This document shows, in pieces, positions 39,000 to 51,535 of a stretch of 64,000 bases of DNA. The translations under genes and the position numbers were made by a program. The notes beneath the pieces are model-generated. The model was not told the origin of the DNA. It did not search any database and saw only the letters and a program-made list of their open reading frames with translations. How positions within the stretch are numbered: position 1 is the stretch's first letter; the number at the start of each line of letters is the position of its first letter. Source of the stretch: Oculina patagonica (taxonomy: Eukaryota); assembly GCF_052425735.1 (NCBI RefSeq), contig NC_135769.1, positions 29,264,001 to 29,328,000 of the forward strand, written 5' to 3'.

Positions 39000-40113
39000 T
39001 AGATCAAAAACGAGTGCGAGTTTTTCATCAGGGGTTCCAAACACCGAGGAACAGATGAAAGCACGACGCCGAAGGCGGAGTGCTTTTATTGTTTCGAGGT
39101 GTTTGGAACCCCTGATGAAAAACGAAGCACGAGTTTTTGAGCTGGCTTCTCAAACTAGCATGAGAATTTTTTTCGAAGATTGGGCAATTAGTAGGAGTGC
39201 TCAATAGGCTATTGTCTGTTTTTTATTCATATGGTAAATGAAATGAATATTTTATATGTGGCCATGTGGGCAAGTTTTAAAGGTTGAATTTTTAATAAAT
39301 TAACATTATGCCGCGTGATGGAGAGCGAGTCCAGATCAGAACGTTTTCGAGTTCCAAAAACCTCTTCTCAAGAAAATGTTTTGGTGAATGATGCTGTTCC
39401 AGCCTCAACTAAGTATAAAAACAAGTGGGCTGTGAACATTTTTGCCGAATGGCAGAGGTTGAGAGAGGTTAAAGTTCCGGTATTAGATTGTGGCGGTCTC
39501 TTCAAGGACTACGATTTACACAAGGTTACCGCTGTGAGTTCAGATATTGCTGGAATGGACGCTCTGTCGCTGAACTATTGGTTGTCAAAATTTGTGATGG
39601 AGGTAGCTAAAAAGTCCGGTGAAAGATACCCTCCCAAGTCTGTTTATGGTATCATTTGTGCCCTCAAGCGTTATTTGGAGGAGAAACATGGATCAGAAGC
39701 TTTGAATCCTCTGGGCGCTAGTGACAAAAGGTACTTGACAACTTTTAGACCGAATTGGTTAGTAATTTAAAATGTGTGTTATTTTTTGAAGGTTTGTCCT
39801 TTTCCGACGTTGCTTAGATGCCGAGATGAAGAATGGCGTTCGAAAAGGGCTTCACATTAACGATGTGTAAGAAGGAATAATATGTTGCTGTATTGTTATT
39901 GTAAGCAATCATTTAAGCGGGGAAAATGCTGTATTTAGAATTATAATTAAGACTGATTAAAATTCAAGTTTCTTGATCAGTGTCTTGATCAGTTTTTGAA
40001 CTAATCTACCGTGTCTTGATCGGTATGTTCATTGGGTATCAACATACATGCACCTGACCCAACTGATGCGAGCTGATTGGGCCATCAGCTCATGAATAAT
40101 TAATGAGTTTGAG
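39000..40113 (+). mobile_element. Internally deleted Crypton (DUF3504 tyrosine-recombinase family) element with 5' hairpin
   Basis: Hairpin 39004-39140 followed by a spliced ORF of QRICH1/ZMYM/KIAA1958 type; no TIR or TSD. Ends approximate. Confidence 0.7.
39318..39870 (+). pseudogene. N-terminal (core-binding) part of a Crypton/DUF3504-like recombinase, catalytic domain missing
   Basis: Exons 39318-39730 and 39792-39870 (61-nt GT-AG intron): STKYKNKWAVNIFAEW..LNYWLSKFVMEVAKKSGERYPPKSVYGIICALKRYL..KR/FVLFRRCLDAEMK..*. Confidence 0.7.
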
Positions 40114-40413
40114 AATGGGTTTTAACTTTCAAATTATAACGGCAAGGAGCAGAAGCGCTTGGTAGAATGCTTGAAGATCTCATAAACAAAAACTAATAAT
40201 AAGATGGATACCACCGGGATAAAAGCAGCCAGGCAGTGGAAAAAGACCCGAGATCGTCAGCGTACTATGCCCTATAAACTTAAATAAAATGAAGAAAACT
40301 ATGTATGTCACTTAATCCCAAAATTAGACTTTCACAGTAAGACAAGGTATTACAGTTTATTTTTTTTTTAATGAAATTAAAAGTCAGTTGATGAAGATGA
40401 ATAAATAAAGACA

Positions 40414-40488
40414 AAATCTGAGTCCCCGACAGGAATCGAACCCATGGCCCCCCAGATACCGGTATCGCGCTCTAGCCACTGCTGAGCT
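40414..40488 (-). mobile_element. tRNA-derived SINE head
   Basis: Minus strand B box GGTTCGATTCC and degenerate A box. Confidence 0.55.
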
Positions 40489-40666
40489 GGGTCATTTCCT
40501 AGGTACATATGTGACACGCGTCCTGTATACTGTTAGGATCAACAATGTCAAAGCGTCAAGTATGAAATAAATAATGGGACAAAGAAAAAAGATAATTTCT
40601 ACCATCATATATTTACCATATCTATTATTTAAAGGTCCTTTTTTTTTAAAAAAAGAATACATTTCA

Positions 40667-40790
40667 TGGGGCTGCGTTGGACTATTATCCCATCCAGGGG
40701 GAGTAGAAATATTCCTATTCGCTTGATGCTATGGAAACCGGCATAAACTCCGGCAGTATGGGCCACTTGGCTCGGGGCTTCCCTTTACCT
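40667..40790 (+). mobile_element. SINE 3' fragment (same family as 51325-51535)
   Basis: CATCCAGGGGGAGTAGAAATA...GGGCCACTTGGCTC...TTTACCT matches the reverse complement of the 51325 repeat. Confidence 0.6.
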
Positions 40791-41184
40791 CTGGAGATTA
40801 GGAAGTTATAAAATGTAAATAGCTTTAGAAGGCTTTAGAGGAGCTTGAAATATAAAATGCACCTTTTCAAGCAGGCGTATAACTTGTAGGATATTTATAT
40901 TTTTAGTCTGTACATACATGTAATTAAAATTTTACAATATTTTTTTTTTTAATTTTTGTAATCAACTGTAATAGCTTTATAAATCTAGCAATTTAATTTA
41001 TAGCAATTAAATTAGTTATGTAAAGCTCCTTGGACAAGTAGATGTTTCGCGCTATATAGATGTTTAAATTATTATTTATTAAAATATTGTATAAGGTTAA
41101 TGAAATATGTTTGCGATCGAGGTATTTGTATTTTTTGTTCGAGTTATTAATTTTGAAGTTTACACGTAGATGTGCAAACTTTAA

Positions 41185-41690
41185 ATGTTAACCGTAAACA
41201 GGCTAACCTAATTGAATAGAAGGCTAACCGAAGTGGAAAGTAGGCTAACCGGAGTGAATAGATGGATAAAGGGTTCTGATCATGAGTTGTTGACAAATTA
41301 AACCGTTTACCTTACATCTATTGATAGCTAACCGTAAACAGGCTAACCAAAGTGAATAGTAGGCGCACTCTTGAAAAGGGAAATATTATCACGTGATTCC
41401 ATTTCATGGAGAAATATTGGGGCCGTGTTTTTGTGGTCAGCGGTTGCAGCAGGAAGGTTATGACACGGTGGCAGGCACGCGAGACCTTTTTACAAGACTC
41501 TTAGTGACCGCGGACCGCGGTGGCAGCCAGATAAGGTACGTTAATTAGAGAGACGACCGCGGTGACAGGCTATTTAAACACCAAACTGACCGTGGACCGT
41601 GGACCTCGGTGGCATTAACATCAGTTCCGCATTAAATTATGAAATTTACGTAGTGACTGCGGACCGCGGTGGCAGTGATTTGAGTTATGC
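41185..41690. repeat. Two degenerate short-repeat tracts
   Basis: AGGCTAACC..GTGAATAG units (41185-41365) and GACCGCGGTGGCA units (41505-41675). Confidence 0.6.
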
Positions 41691-42036
41691 AAAAAGTGGT
41701 GGGGTATTCTACAATCTAGCCGTTTCTTTTATACAAATGAACCCACAAGTTCGGAAGGTCATGCTAGTGGGATGTGATTGGTGGATTTATATCTGTCTTG
41801 TTTGTTTAGCATGTCGAAGAGGTAGCTGCTATGCACGTAACACTTAAAGTGGGTGTAATTATTCTATTCAAGTTGATGTTGTATACCATAATGTTTAAAA
41901 AAAAGCCTTCAGAATCGCCGTGCTTTACAAGAAGACAGACGAAAAGGATTCTAGGTTGGATCTGTTCTTGTTTAATGTTAACTGATATAATTGTTCTCCA
42001 ACAGGCAACTGTTTAAAAAGTTTTTGCATAATAAAC

Positions 42037-42184
42037 AGTCTTGGGTATTTTATTAAAAGGGTTTGCATTGACTTTGTTCATTGTTTGGAAGATGTTTCGA
42101 CTAATTTCTAAGCTTTCTTCAGTAAGCACTGCTGCAAGAAGAACAAAGTCACTGCAAAACCCTTTTAATAAAATACCTAAGACT
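42037..42184. mobile_element. Inverted Penelope-type pLTR remnant with degenerate hammerhead core
   Basis: ~45-bp inverted arms AGTCTTGGGTATTTTATTAAAAGGG..GTTC around minus-strand CUGAAGA...GUC-GAAA-CA-UC (42091-42122). Confidence 0.5.
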
Positions 42185-42676
42185 ATTTATCATGTGAAAT
42201 TTTGCTCGCTTCATATTACTGGAGCTCCATAAATCAGATTAACATGATGAAAAGAAGCACATTATGAAATAAATGGACTTTTCTGTTAAGCTAAAATACT
42301 TAAGACCGTTTATGATGCAACATTTTTGCTCGCTTCCGACTGCTCGATCTAGCTTCAAAAATTATCATACAGAATTTTACTCGCTTCAGAAGTCGAACTG
42401 CTTTAGCCCCAAAAGTCAGATTTACATGAGCACGTTTTGAAATAAATTGACCATTTCTCTTAATGTCAATATTGAAACTCCTGACTACTCGTATTCAATA
42501 TTTAAACAGGCAACTTTTTCCTCGATACTTAGAGATGTCTTGTCTCTTTAAACAATTCAATATATAAAGTCTTTCGCGATTTTTAAAATGCTTGGTGTTT
42601 ATCATTTTTAACAACTTCACGCATTGATGCTTTGTTTTTATCCAGGTCACGGAAATAGCATTGACACTCTTCCATC

Positions 42677-45600
42677 ATGTTCGAACCAGCTACAGCTATT
42701 GCCATAACAACGGTACTCTCCATACTCGTGCATGGGGAACTCACTTGTTTGTGCAATCATAAAGAGAAATCGAGACATGAGGTACGATCAAATAATAAAA
42801 TGACGCGAATAGTGCATAGCTTAGCAGCTAGATGTTTTCTCTCACCCAAACCGAGTAAAAACTGAGAAAACACAACGGCTCATCTACAGTAAGACATTAA
42901 GTTTTCCAATGGGAATTGCATAGCAACAAACGAAAACTTGTAAGATCTGTTTGGGCCGAATTGGCGAAATAATGCTCCTTTTACTACTAGACCAGAAGCT
43001 TTGGACGAGACATTACTTTGAAAGATAGATAATAATAATAATAATAAATATATTTTTATAGCGCCTATCCAGGCCTGCTCTAGGCGCTTTACAAATGTTT
43101 AAAAAAATATATATATATATAATAAAATCAATAAAAATTGTGTTAAAATTAGCTGAAAAAATCTTAAAATTAAAAATTTGCATTAAAAGTAATAAAAAGT
43201 AAAAATCGCTAAGAGTAATAAGTTTTAAAAAGAAACGTTTTGAGTTTTGATTTAAAAGAACTTAAATTGTCACACGAGCGGATAAAAACAGGCAAACTGT
43301 TCCAAAGTTCAGGCGAGGAAACAGAAAAAGCTCGAGACCCATAGGACTTGAGGTGGAATTTGACAGGGTTGAGACGTGAAGAGTGTGATGATCGGAGGGT
43401 TCTTGAAGGTTGGTAGTACGTTAGCAAATCTTGAATGTAGATAGGAGATTGTTGATGGAGAGCTTTGAAGGTAAGTAGCAGAATCTTGAATTTAATGCGT
43501 TCAGAAACAGGAAGCCAGTGTAGTTCTTTCAGTATTGGAGTGATGTGGTCGTATTTTCGGGAACAAGTGATAAGTCGAGCAGCGGCGTTCTGAACAGACT
43601 GGAGCTTTTTTAAAGCGTACTTCGGCACATTATACAAGAGAGAGTTGCAGTGGTCGAGTTTGGATGATACAAAAGCATGGACCAAGATCTCGGTTGTTTT
43701 CGTGGATAAGTATTTCCTTGTACGGGAGATGTTGCGAAGATGATAAGAGGCAGATTTACAAATAGAACTGATATGTGGAAGCATAGTCATGATTCTGTCA
43801 AATATCACACCGATGTTTCTGGCAAACTGAGATGGCTGAATTATATCTTGACCAAAACGGATTGGAGGTAAAGGCTGCTGCGGATTGTGCTTCGAGTAAA
43901 GGTAGAGAAGTTCAGTTTTGTCCTTATTCAGTTTTAGCTTGTTAATAGACATCCACTTGTCAAGATCAGACAAACATTCCTCGATTTTTCCGATTGTATT
44001 GGTTAATTCGACATCGTTGTTTGTTGAAAAAGAGATATATAGCTGAGTATCGTCAGCGTAGAAGTGAAATTGCATTTCGTGATGTCGTAGAATGTCAGCC
44101 AGTGGTGCAGTATAAAGTAAGTACAGGATAGGCCCTAAGACCGAGCCCTGGGGGACTCCACATTTGAGCTCATGAGACTGCGATTTAGTTCCATCGATTA
44201 AGGTAAATTGTGTACGGTTGGTAAGATATGAACGAAACCATTCAAGAGCAGTGCCACAGATTGAAAACTTGGAGTTCAATCTTCCTAGTAGAATGTCGTG
44301 ATCGACAGTGTCAAAAGCAGCAGATAGATCCAGTAGCAGGAGTATAACACAGTGACGATCGTCAATGTCACGCAAAATATCATTGTGTACACGTATAAGA
44401 GCAGTTTCACAGCTATGAAGTCGCTTATAGGCTGATTGTAGCGGTTCATTAAGTTGGTTGGTTTCCAGGTAGTCCTGAAGACGTACTGCAACAACTTTTT
44501 CGATCATTTTTGAAATGACCTTGAGATTTGAGATAGGCCTATAATTACTGAGAATTTCGTGATCCAGTGATGGTTTCTTGAGTAGTGGCAATAAGACGGC
44601 AGTTTTTAGAGAAATAGGCACATATCCAGATTCCAGGGACAAGTTTTCAATCCTACATAGTGTTGGTAGAAGCATGTCAAAGTTTTCTTTTAACAAAACA
44701 GCAGGCAGAGGGTCCAGGCTACAAGACTTAGACGCAACAGTACGTGCAACCTTCGAAAGTTCAATGATTGAAGTAGGTGAAAAGGCGTTCAGCTGACAGT
44801 CAAGCGTCGATTTATCTGAGGTGCAGAAGAGATCAGACGTTACGTTAACTTCGAGTTTACTTCTAATATTGATAATTTTATTTTCGAAGAAAGTAACAAA
44901 ATTATTGGCTAGTTCTGTAGCCGAGGAACAGGTCGGAAGACACTTATCGGGCTTCCTGTGGAGAAGGCGGTCGATGGTGCGAAAAAAGGGACTTGTTATT
45001 GCTTCCAGCCTCGTCGATAAGATTGGAGTAATAATCCATTTTTGATTTGAAGATAGTGTTTTTTACAACAAGGCACTGTTCGACGTAGGATTGGTAATCA
45101 GACGCAAGACCGGAACGACGCCAGCACCGTTCACGTTTGCGACAAATGGTTTTCTGCTCCCTGATTTCATTATTATACCAAGGAGCATGAGGTCTTAGGG
45201 TGATAATCCTTGTGCGCAAGGGTGCATGTTTATCCAGAATCGAGGATAAAACAGAATCATACTGATCGCAAAGCTCCGTAATATCTGACGAAGGTGATTT
45301 GACCAAAGAAGATGAGTTGATATCTTGGCATAGCTTATGTAGATTGACATTGCAAAGCTTTCGTGACGTAAGGACTTGTTTCAGATTAGGTGGTCTTTCA
45401 ATAGCCAAGTTACAATGGACAGCAAAGTGATCGGAGATAGCAGGGTCATGGCTTGACAAATTTGAGGTCGTTGTTTCATCTAACCTGGTAATTATGAGAT
45501 CCAAGACATTATGACTTTTATGGGTTGGGATATTGGCATCCATGGCATTCAGATTCGAACACATCTAGTACACTAGCTAGTATACGATGCCATATAGCGC

Positions 45601-47132
45601 CTTTGTAAAATATAAAATGGACTAATTATTGCCCTTCATAGTCTCAGCTTTACAAAATGAGAAGAGGGTGGGGGATAATTTCGAAATTGCTGTCAACCGT
45701 TAAATATTATTGCTACACAGGTTCTACGCGTAAGCTATACAGTGCTATGAATGTAGTTGTGATTCCCAGTTTAGATTGAGTGCCTGAAAAACTCCTTTAG
45801 CAAAATTCTAAAAGCTAGTTCATAGAAGGCCTCTTTCTGTTTCACCAGTTTATTTTTTCATTTACTATTTTTAGCGGCTACTAATTTTAGTGATTTTTTC
45901 AGAGCAAGATTTAGCGACTATTTAATTTGGCGATTTTCCGACAAAATTAAAAAGTAAGTGATATCGTGTAAACCAGTCTTTAATGAACATAAAGATAAGA
46001 TGGAAATTAATGTTCAGTTAAACAACAAAATCGCTTGAAATTGAACGAACTTTTGCATTGCCAGAAAGAAAAAAGTTACTGGTATATATTATTAAAATAA
46101 TTTTTCAAGTCGACTACGCTTATTTTTGTTTTCCTTTGAGGGGAAGGGGGTACTTAAATGTAACGATTATTAAAATCGACTGAGACAAATTTTAGCGAGC
46201 ACTAAATTTAGCGATATTTGCCCAACTCGCTAAAATTACTAACCGCTAACAATAGTAACCTTAAGGTATCAATAAAGTCTTCTAGCATATAACCGAAACT
46301 TCTTGCACATTTGCATGGCTAACTCTTTGACCTCCTTAAGACTTCTATATTTTTTAAGGTCGTTAAGGATACTTTTGCAAGCGCCAATTTCAATCATAAA
46401 TCAGTTTAAGTAAGAAAAAACAACAAGAAATTTTATAGTTAGAACATATACAGGACTGACTCGCAAAATAGCTTAGCTAACCTTATAACAGCAAAGTCAC
46501 TTCAAGGCGCCCGGGAAGCGATGAGAAGGGGGAATCAAAATCTTCCCATGTGCCTCGGTAAAATCGCGGAAAACTTATCATAATTTCCACCCCGTTCAAG
46601 AATCATTTTAATGATGAGGACTTATAAGGGGGGTTGTATAAGGAGAGGGGGCGGGGGGGAGGAGGGTTAACAGAGCTTCTAAAATAGATAACTTTTTTCA
46701 TTTTATTCTGTGTAAATGTTTTTTTTTTTTAATCCTTTATTTGTCAAACAGAGTTCACGTAAATTATCTTCTAGCAGATATTCTGTTTGGGGCGTTTATT
46801 GCCCCAAGTCTGCTTTTGCACCAAATTCTCGTGAAAAAAAAAATGCTACAAAATTAAAATTGTTTTTTACAATTCCAGGTGATTATTGCCGGTAGTTGGA
46901 TTTTTGCCTAATAACCAGTATCCCTTATTTCCTTGACACTGACATTGTGAAGAAGACGAGAAACAACTTCTGCGTGGATACCTGGTCTGAGGAGTGGATG
47001 GAGAAGGCTTTTGGTGTTACACAGTTTGCCTTAACAGCGCTTTTCTTGTCACTGATGCTTGTGTTGTACTCAAGGGTCGTGTACACTTTGTGGCTTAAAA
47101 GTAGCGACAATCAACACATCTGTCAACAAAAC
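42677..47132 (+). pseudogene. Class A GPCR paralogue copy 5 (heavily decayed; no exon 4)
   Basis: Exon 1 42677-42781 with 11-nt deletion; exon 2 remnant ~46755-46830 (NYLL..ADILFGAFIAP); exon 3 46879-47132 with an early 1-nt deletion giving TAA. Confidence 0.85.
43030..45565 (-). mobile_element. 5'-truncated L2-clade LINE (end of APE endonuclease + full RT)
   Basis: PTH..NVLDLII..SDHFAV, then [45 protein letters not shown]. One frameshift in the A-run at ~44985. L2-type 3' stem-loop and (ATT)n tail. Confidence 0.93.
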
Positions 47133-47859
47133 GTAAGTGCGTTAGTTACTGTATGTGACAATAAAGTACACAACGATTTTTTGTTCTGTCTCTTTTGCAG
47201 CACAGAATTAGTGTTGAGATAATCGGGAAACTCCGGCGAGAGTAAAGGGTAATCTTTTTGCTATACTGGCTATACATCGTTAAAAGAAAAATCCGCCTGC
47301 GAGCCATCCTTTATCGATTAAAATTATGGCATTTGAAGGTATTATATTACTGTCCTTTATATTCGCTGTGTAGCTTCTGTGGGGACAGTATCACCAGACG
47401 TCCTCTAAGTTTTTGTGTAAAATATGCTACAATTGTGAGGGTGCATGCACACACTGATCAACATATAATTGCCTTTGAACAATAAAAGAATGGCACTAGT
47501 TCATTATCCAAGATATGAACAAACCGTAATCAATACACCACGTTTTTACAATTTTCATGACTTGTACAGTACGTTTTTGCAACGCTTGGCAACTATAAGT
47601 GGATTTCAAATTAATACCAATACCTTCATTGGATTATTAAGTCCCACTTAATCTCGGTGACACTGTTCTTTAAGCCCTTTTATCCCAAAACTTAATCTTA
47701 AGTGTTGCTCTAACAAATACACAGTGTTGCTCTAACAAATACACAGGGTGCTAATCATATGCTTGAACTGTATGTTTGTCATTAAAGAAATGACGTTTTG
47801 TTTACCCTCGGTAACTGATTTAGCACAAGCAGAACATTAGAAACAATTTCAAATTAAAC

Positions 47860-48035
47860 GTAACAAGATTAAAAATCCCACCTGGCAGGATGCAGACCAG
47901 ATGGCTTATTGCAAGCGTGGCCGTGGAGTTGATCTCGGGTCTACCGTGAAACAACTCAATGCAAGCTTGTGGTCAGAAGGGGACTTGAACGCGAGACCTC
48001 CGGATTTCAAGTCCGGCGCCCTAAACACTCGGCCA
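47860..48035 (-). mobile_element. tRNA-derived SINE
   Basis: Minus strand TGGCCGAGTGTTTAGGGCGCC...GTTCAAGTCC head followed by a non-tRNA body. Confidence 0.65.
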
Positions 48036-48870
48036 AGATCCCAATAAATTCAGTAATGAAAAACGAAGAGCGATGAACCGAATAGCGATCTCTAAAATGT
48101 GAGAGAAGGAAAATTGCATGTGAACAAAAAATGCTAATGAGCTTCTCGTAATAAGAGCTCCGGGATGAGGCTCTTTCGCGCAAAAACATCACCGAGAAGT
48201 CAACGCGCTGAGGATTATGACACCTAACTGTGTTATTAACTTTTATTTTAAAAACTTTTTTTTTTTCGAAATAACTCGCGTGCGTTTTAAGATTTTTCTT
48301 TAATTTTTGGGGAAATGTTAGATGTATAGTAAATCTTGAGTTTAGTCCAAAAAAAAATTTGTTCGACAAAAGTAGCCCTCTGAAGGTATTGTGTAACCTT
48401 AAACCGTGTTTAACTAAACAGCTTAATGTGTCTTAGGTTTAATTTGTGTGAATGGAGTATAAGATACTGAAATAGCCGCCATTAGTCGGGCACATTTCCA
48501 ACAATCTTTTTGGATACCATATAATAAACTAAAGTTATAACGATCCACGTTTTGTTTAAAATAAGAGAAGGTGTATCAATTTTACAAGATTCCTACTTTA
48601 CAATTTCAGGTAATTATTTCTGCTACTTGGATCTTCGCCTTGATATTCAATCTACCGCTGATGCTTGTCGATGACGTTGTGAAGACGAAGAGCGGAAACT
48701 CCTGCGTGGCTATCTGGCCAGAAGGTTGGATGGGGCCGGCCTATAATGTGCTTTGGTTTGTCGGAATATACCTTCCCTTGATACTGATGACTTGGCTGTA
48801 TTCCAGAGTCGTGTACGCTTTGTGGTTCAAACGTAAGGACAACGGCGGCCAAGTAACTCAGCAACACGTA

Positions 48871-51214
48871 TCGGGGGTTGAAGCGGAATAATGAATATTG
48901 AATACTGGCTTAAAATTGTAAAGGAATATTGAATATTGGCTCAAAATTGTAAGGAATATTGAATATTCAGTTTTTTAATCAAGAATATTGAATACTTGCA
49001 AAGATAAAATAAGTTCTCCTCACCCTCTCTGTCTCCAAATGAGAATCGCAGGTGTTCTACATTTTCGATATTTGGCAGGCGCTCTAGATCTGCCTCATGT
49101 TAAGCTTGCAAAATTTGCCACGCGGACTACTCCCCAAGGAAGATATTTTCTTGTGACGTCACTTTCAAAGCACATGTTTCAGTTGACCGCTTTAAATTTT
49201 GACGCTTTGGTTACGGTCTAAGAACTGTTCGAATTTGTAAAGATGGGAAAGCACAGGAAAGACAGGTAAGTAAAGCTTTTAAGCTATTTTTAACTTGAAC
49301 GTGCCCCCCCCCCCCCCCCCAGTTTTTTTCCCCAAAAAGTAAAAACAGTCCTGTATAAAACGTTGAAAATAAATTTTATTTCCAGACAGTTTTGAAACAA
49401 TAACATTTGTACTTCTTTTCATTTGTTTGTGGGGGACAACCAGCGGCGCAAGCCCCTGTTTGACAGTTTGAGAAATTTTCAAAAAATGACCTGCCGATGA
49501 AGTCTACGTTTGCCTCTAAGGCAACTCAGACAGTTTAGTAACTACGAACCTACTACGATGACTCTGAAAGGTGAAACATTTGCTGGTTTCAAGATACAGA
49601 GACAGTGGGTTTTCTATTTTCATCCTCTCTTGATTTCGTAATTGACATTGCAAGTGTTATACTCTCTTCAATGTGCATTGCAATTGGTTTGCTGAGACAG
49701 TGTAGGAAGTAAATAATTCGTGATATGCGTAAATCACAAATAGCTCTTGGAGAACGCTGGAAATAGCATTTCCAAGCCTCTAGATTTCAAAATTTTCTGG
49801 GGGGGAATGCCCCCAGACCCCCCCCCCTAGCGGCTCGCGTCTTCGGAGCTCGCGTGCCCCTCCCCGCCCCCCCCCCCCCCCCCACACTTATTTTACCCTT
49901 GCTACGGCACTGGTCGCAACCGAGTAACACTGGATCTTTCTTGTGATGAAGAACAGGAGAATGAGGACAATATTCCAATCGAAAGAAAGATTACCGACAA
50001 CTGTCATATTCAGATTGTCGAAATTCGCCGTATTCAGTTAGTGACGGCGTCGAAGTTGTAGTCAATGAGGGTCTGCAAAAATGAACAACTGTACACAATT
50101 TCGCAGCAAGAAGTTTTAAGAACTGAGCGGATACTCAAAGGAGGCTTAGACAGTGACATTGACTCCGAGGATGAGGCTTCAGATGCCTCAGACGACGAAC
50201 AGCCGGGAGGACCATCCAGGGTTCCTTGTCGTACACGAACAGGGAGAACAGCAACCCGTATTAGATTACGGTGATGTCGAACTTTTTTGAAAAATCACAA
50301 AGCTGATCTAACAGCTACAGCTGAAAATAGATAACGCATAAAGCGGTGCTCAATGTAAAATGTGTCATGATATAGGAATAATACTCAGATTGGTAACAGA
50401 ATGCTACTTTTAAATTATGTGGCCCGTTGACGTACTTGTGGGCACTTGTACCATTCCTGTTATTCCTGAAGGCAAACACTACATTTATCTTTCATCGGCT
50501 GTTCACTTATTGGGTTAGAAGTAACTCTTGATAGACAAGTCGTTATGGTTACGTACAGTTGTTGTCTTTGTACATGCTTCAAAAGACTATGCTTCGCTTA
50601 AAGCGGGTGTGATATTATGTATTTCTGTTAGGTGCACTAATTTCGACTTGATTGCACGAGTGATGATGTTAAGGAGATAAACGCGTTTTCGAACAAGTTT
50701 GTACAATGGCCTACAAAAGAACTGTTTATAAACATCGTGCAACACTTCATTGTTTTCCAGATTATATAGACTCATTGGTTGGACCGCATTATCGTCATTG
50801 TTTGTTAAATAAAGCTTTTCACTGAAACATGTTGCTTGGCTAATTTTTTGGGGGGTACTATTTTGCTAGTCAGCAAATAAAGAAGCCACATGCGTCTTAC
50901 ACTTTAGTCAAGGCCATTGAAGGTGTAACTAGAGGGCACCATTAAAAAAGCATGTAATAAGTGATGAACTAACACCTTCCAGAAGGATAGCAGCAGAACA
51001 ATGTCCAGTGTGCTGTGCACAACTTGTGAATTAGAATAGAATATTTGACCGCTCTCGTTTTGTGGGTCTGAAAATTGTATACCTGGGAACATCAACCTAT
51101 TTAAAGGAATAATGAATATTGATCTCAAAATCGGCAAGGAATAATGAATACTTGTGAAAAATGGGCGGGGAATAATGAATATTTAAAGTGAAAATATTCC
51201 GCTTCAACCCCCGA
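48871..51214. mobile_element. DNA transposon derivative with 8-bp TSD inserted at the exon 3 splice donor of copy 6
   Basis: 20-bp TIR TCGGGGGTTGAAGCGGAATA; TSD AACACGTA at 48863-48870 and 51215-51222; subterminal GAATATTG repeats. Superfamily unresolved. Confidence 0.88.
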
Positions 51215-51324
51215 AACACGTAAGTGTGTTACTTGTAATAAAATAGTAGTGTTGGCTTATTACTATGTTTAATGTACTAATATAAAACTTTTACAACGAA
51301 TAAGAACCATAACAAAGTATTGTT

Positions 51325-51535
51325 AGGTAAAAGTAAAGTCTGCGTTGAGCCTAGTGGCCCATACAGGCCGGAGCTTATCTCAATTTCTTTAGCATGAACG
51401 GCGACTAGAAGTATTTCAGTTTTATCCCCCTCCTGGATGAGAAGCAAGTCCACCGCAGGGTTACCCCAGCATTAAACCGCCGTCCCCATTTATACAGGTA
51501 GAGAGAGGCACTGTGAGAGTAAATGGGTTTGCCCT
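51325..51535 (-). mobile_element. SINE body/3' end
   Basis: Minus strand ACTCTCACAGTGCCTCTCTCTACC..TATAAATGGG central motif and TTTACCT tail; second copy at 40667. Confidence 0.6.

Noticed and set aside
45286-45312. Plus-strand CTGACGA-AGGT..ACC hammerhead-like string
   Set aside because: Lacks GAAA and stem I; it is the antisense of L2 coding sequence.
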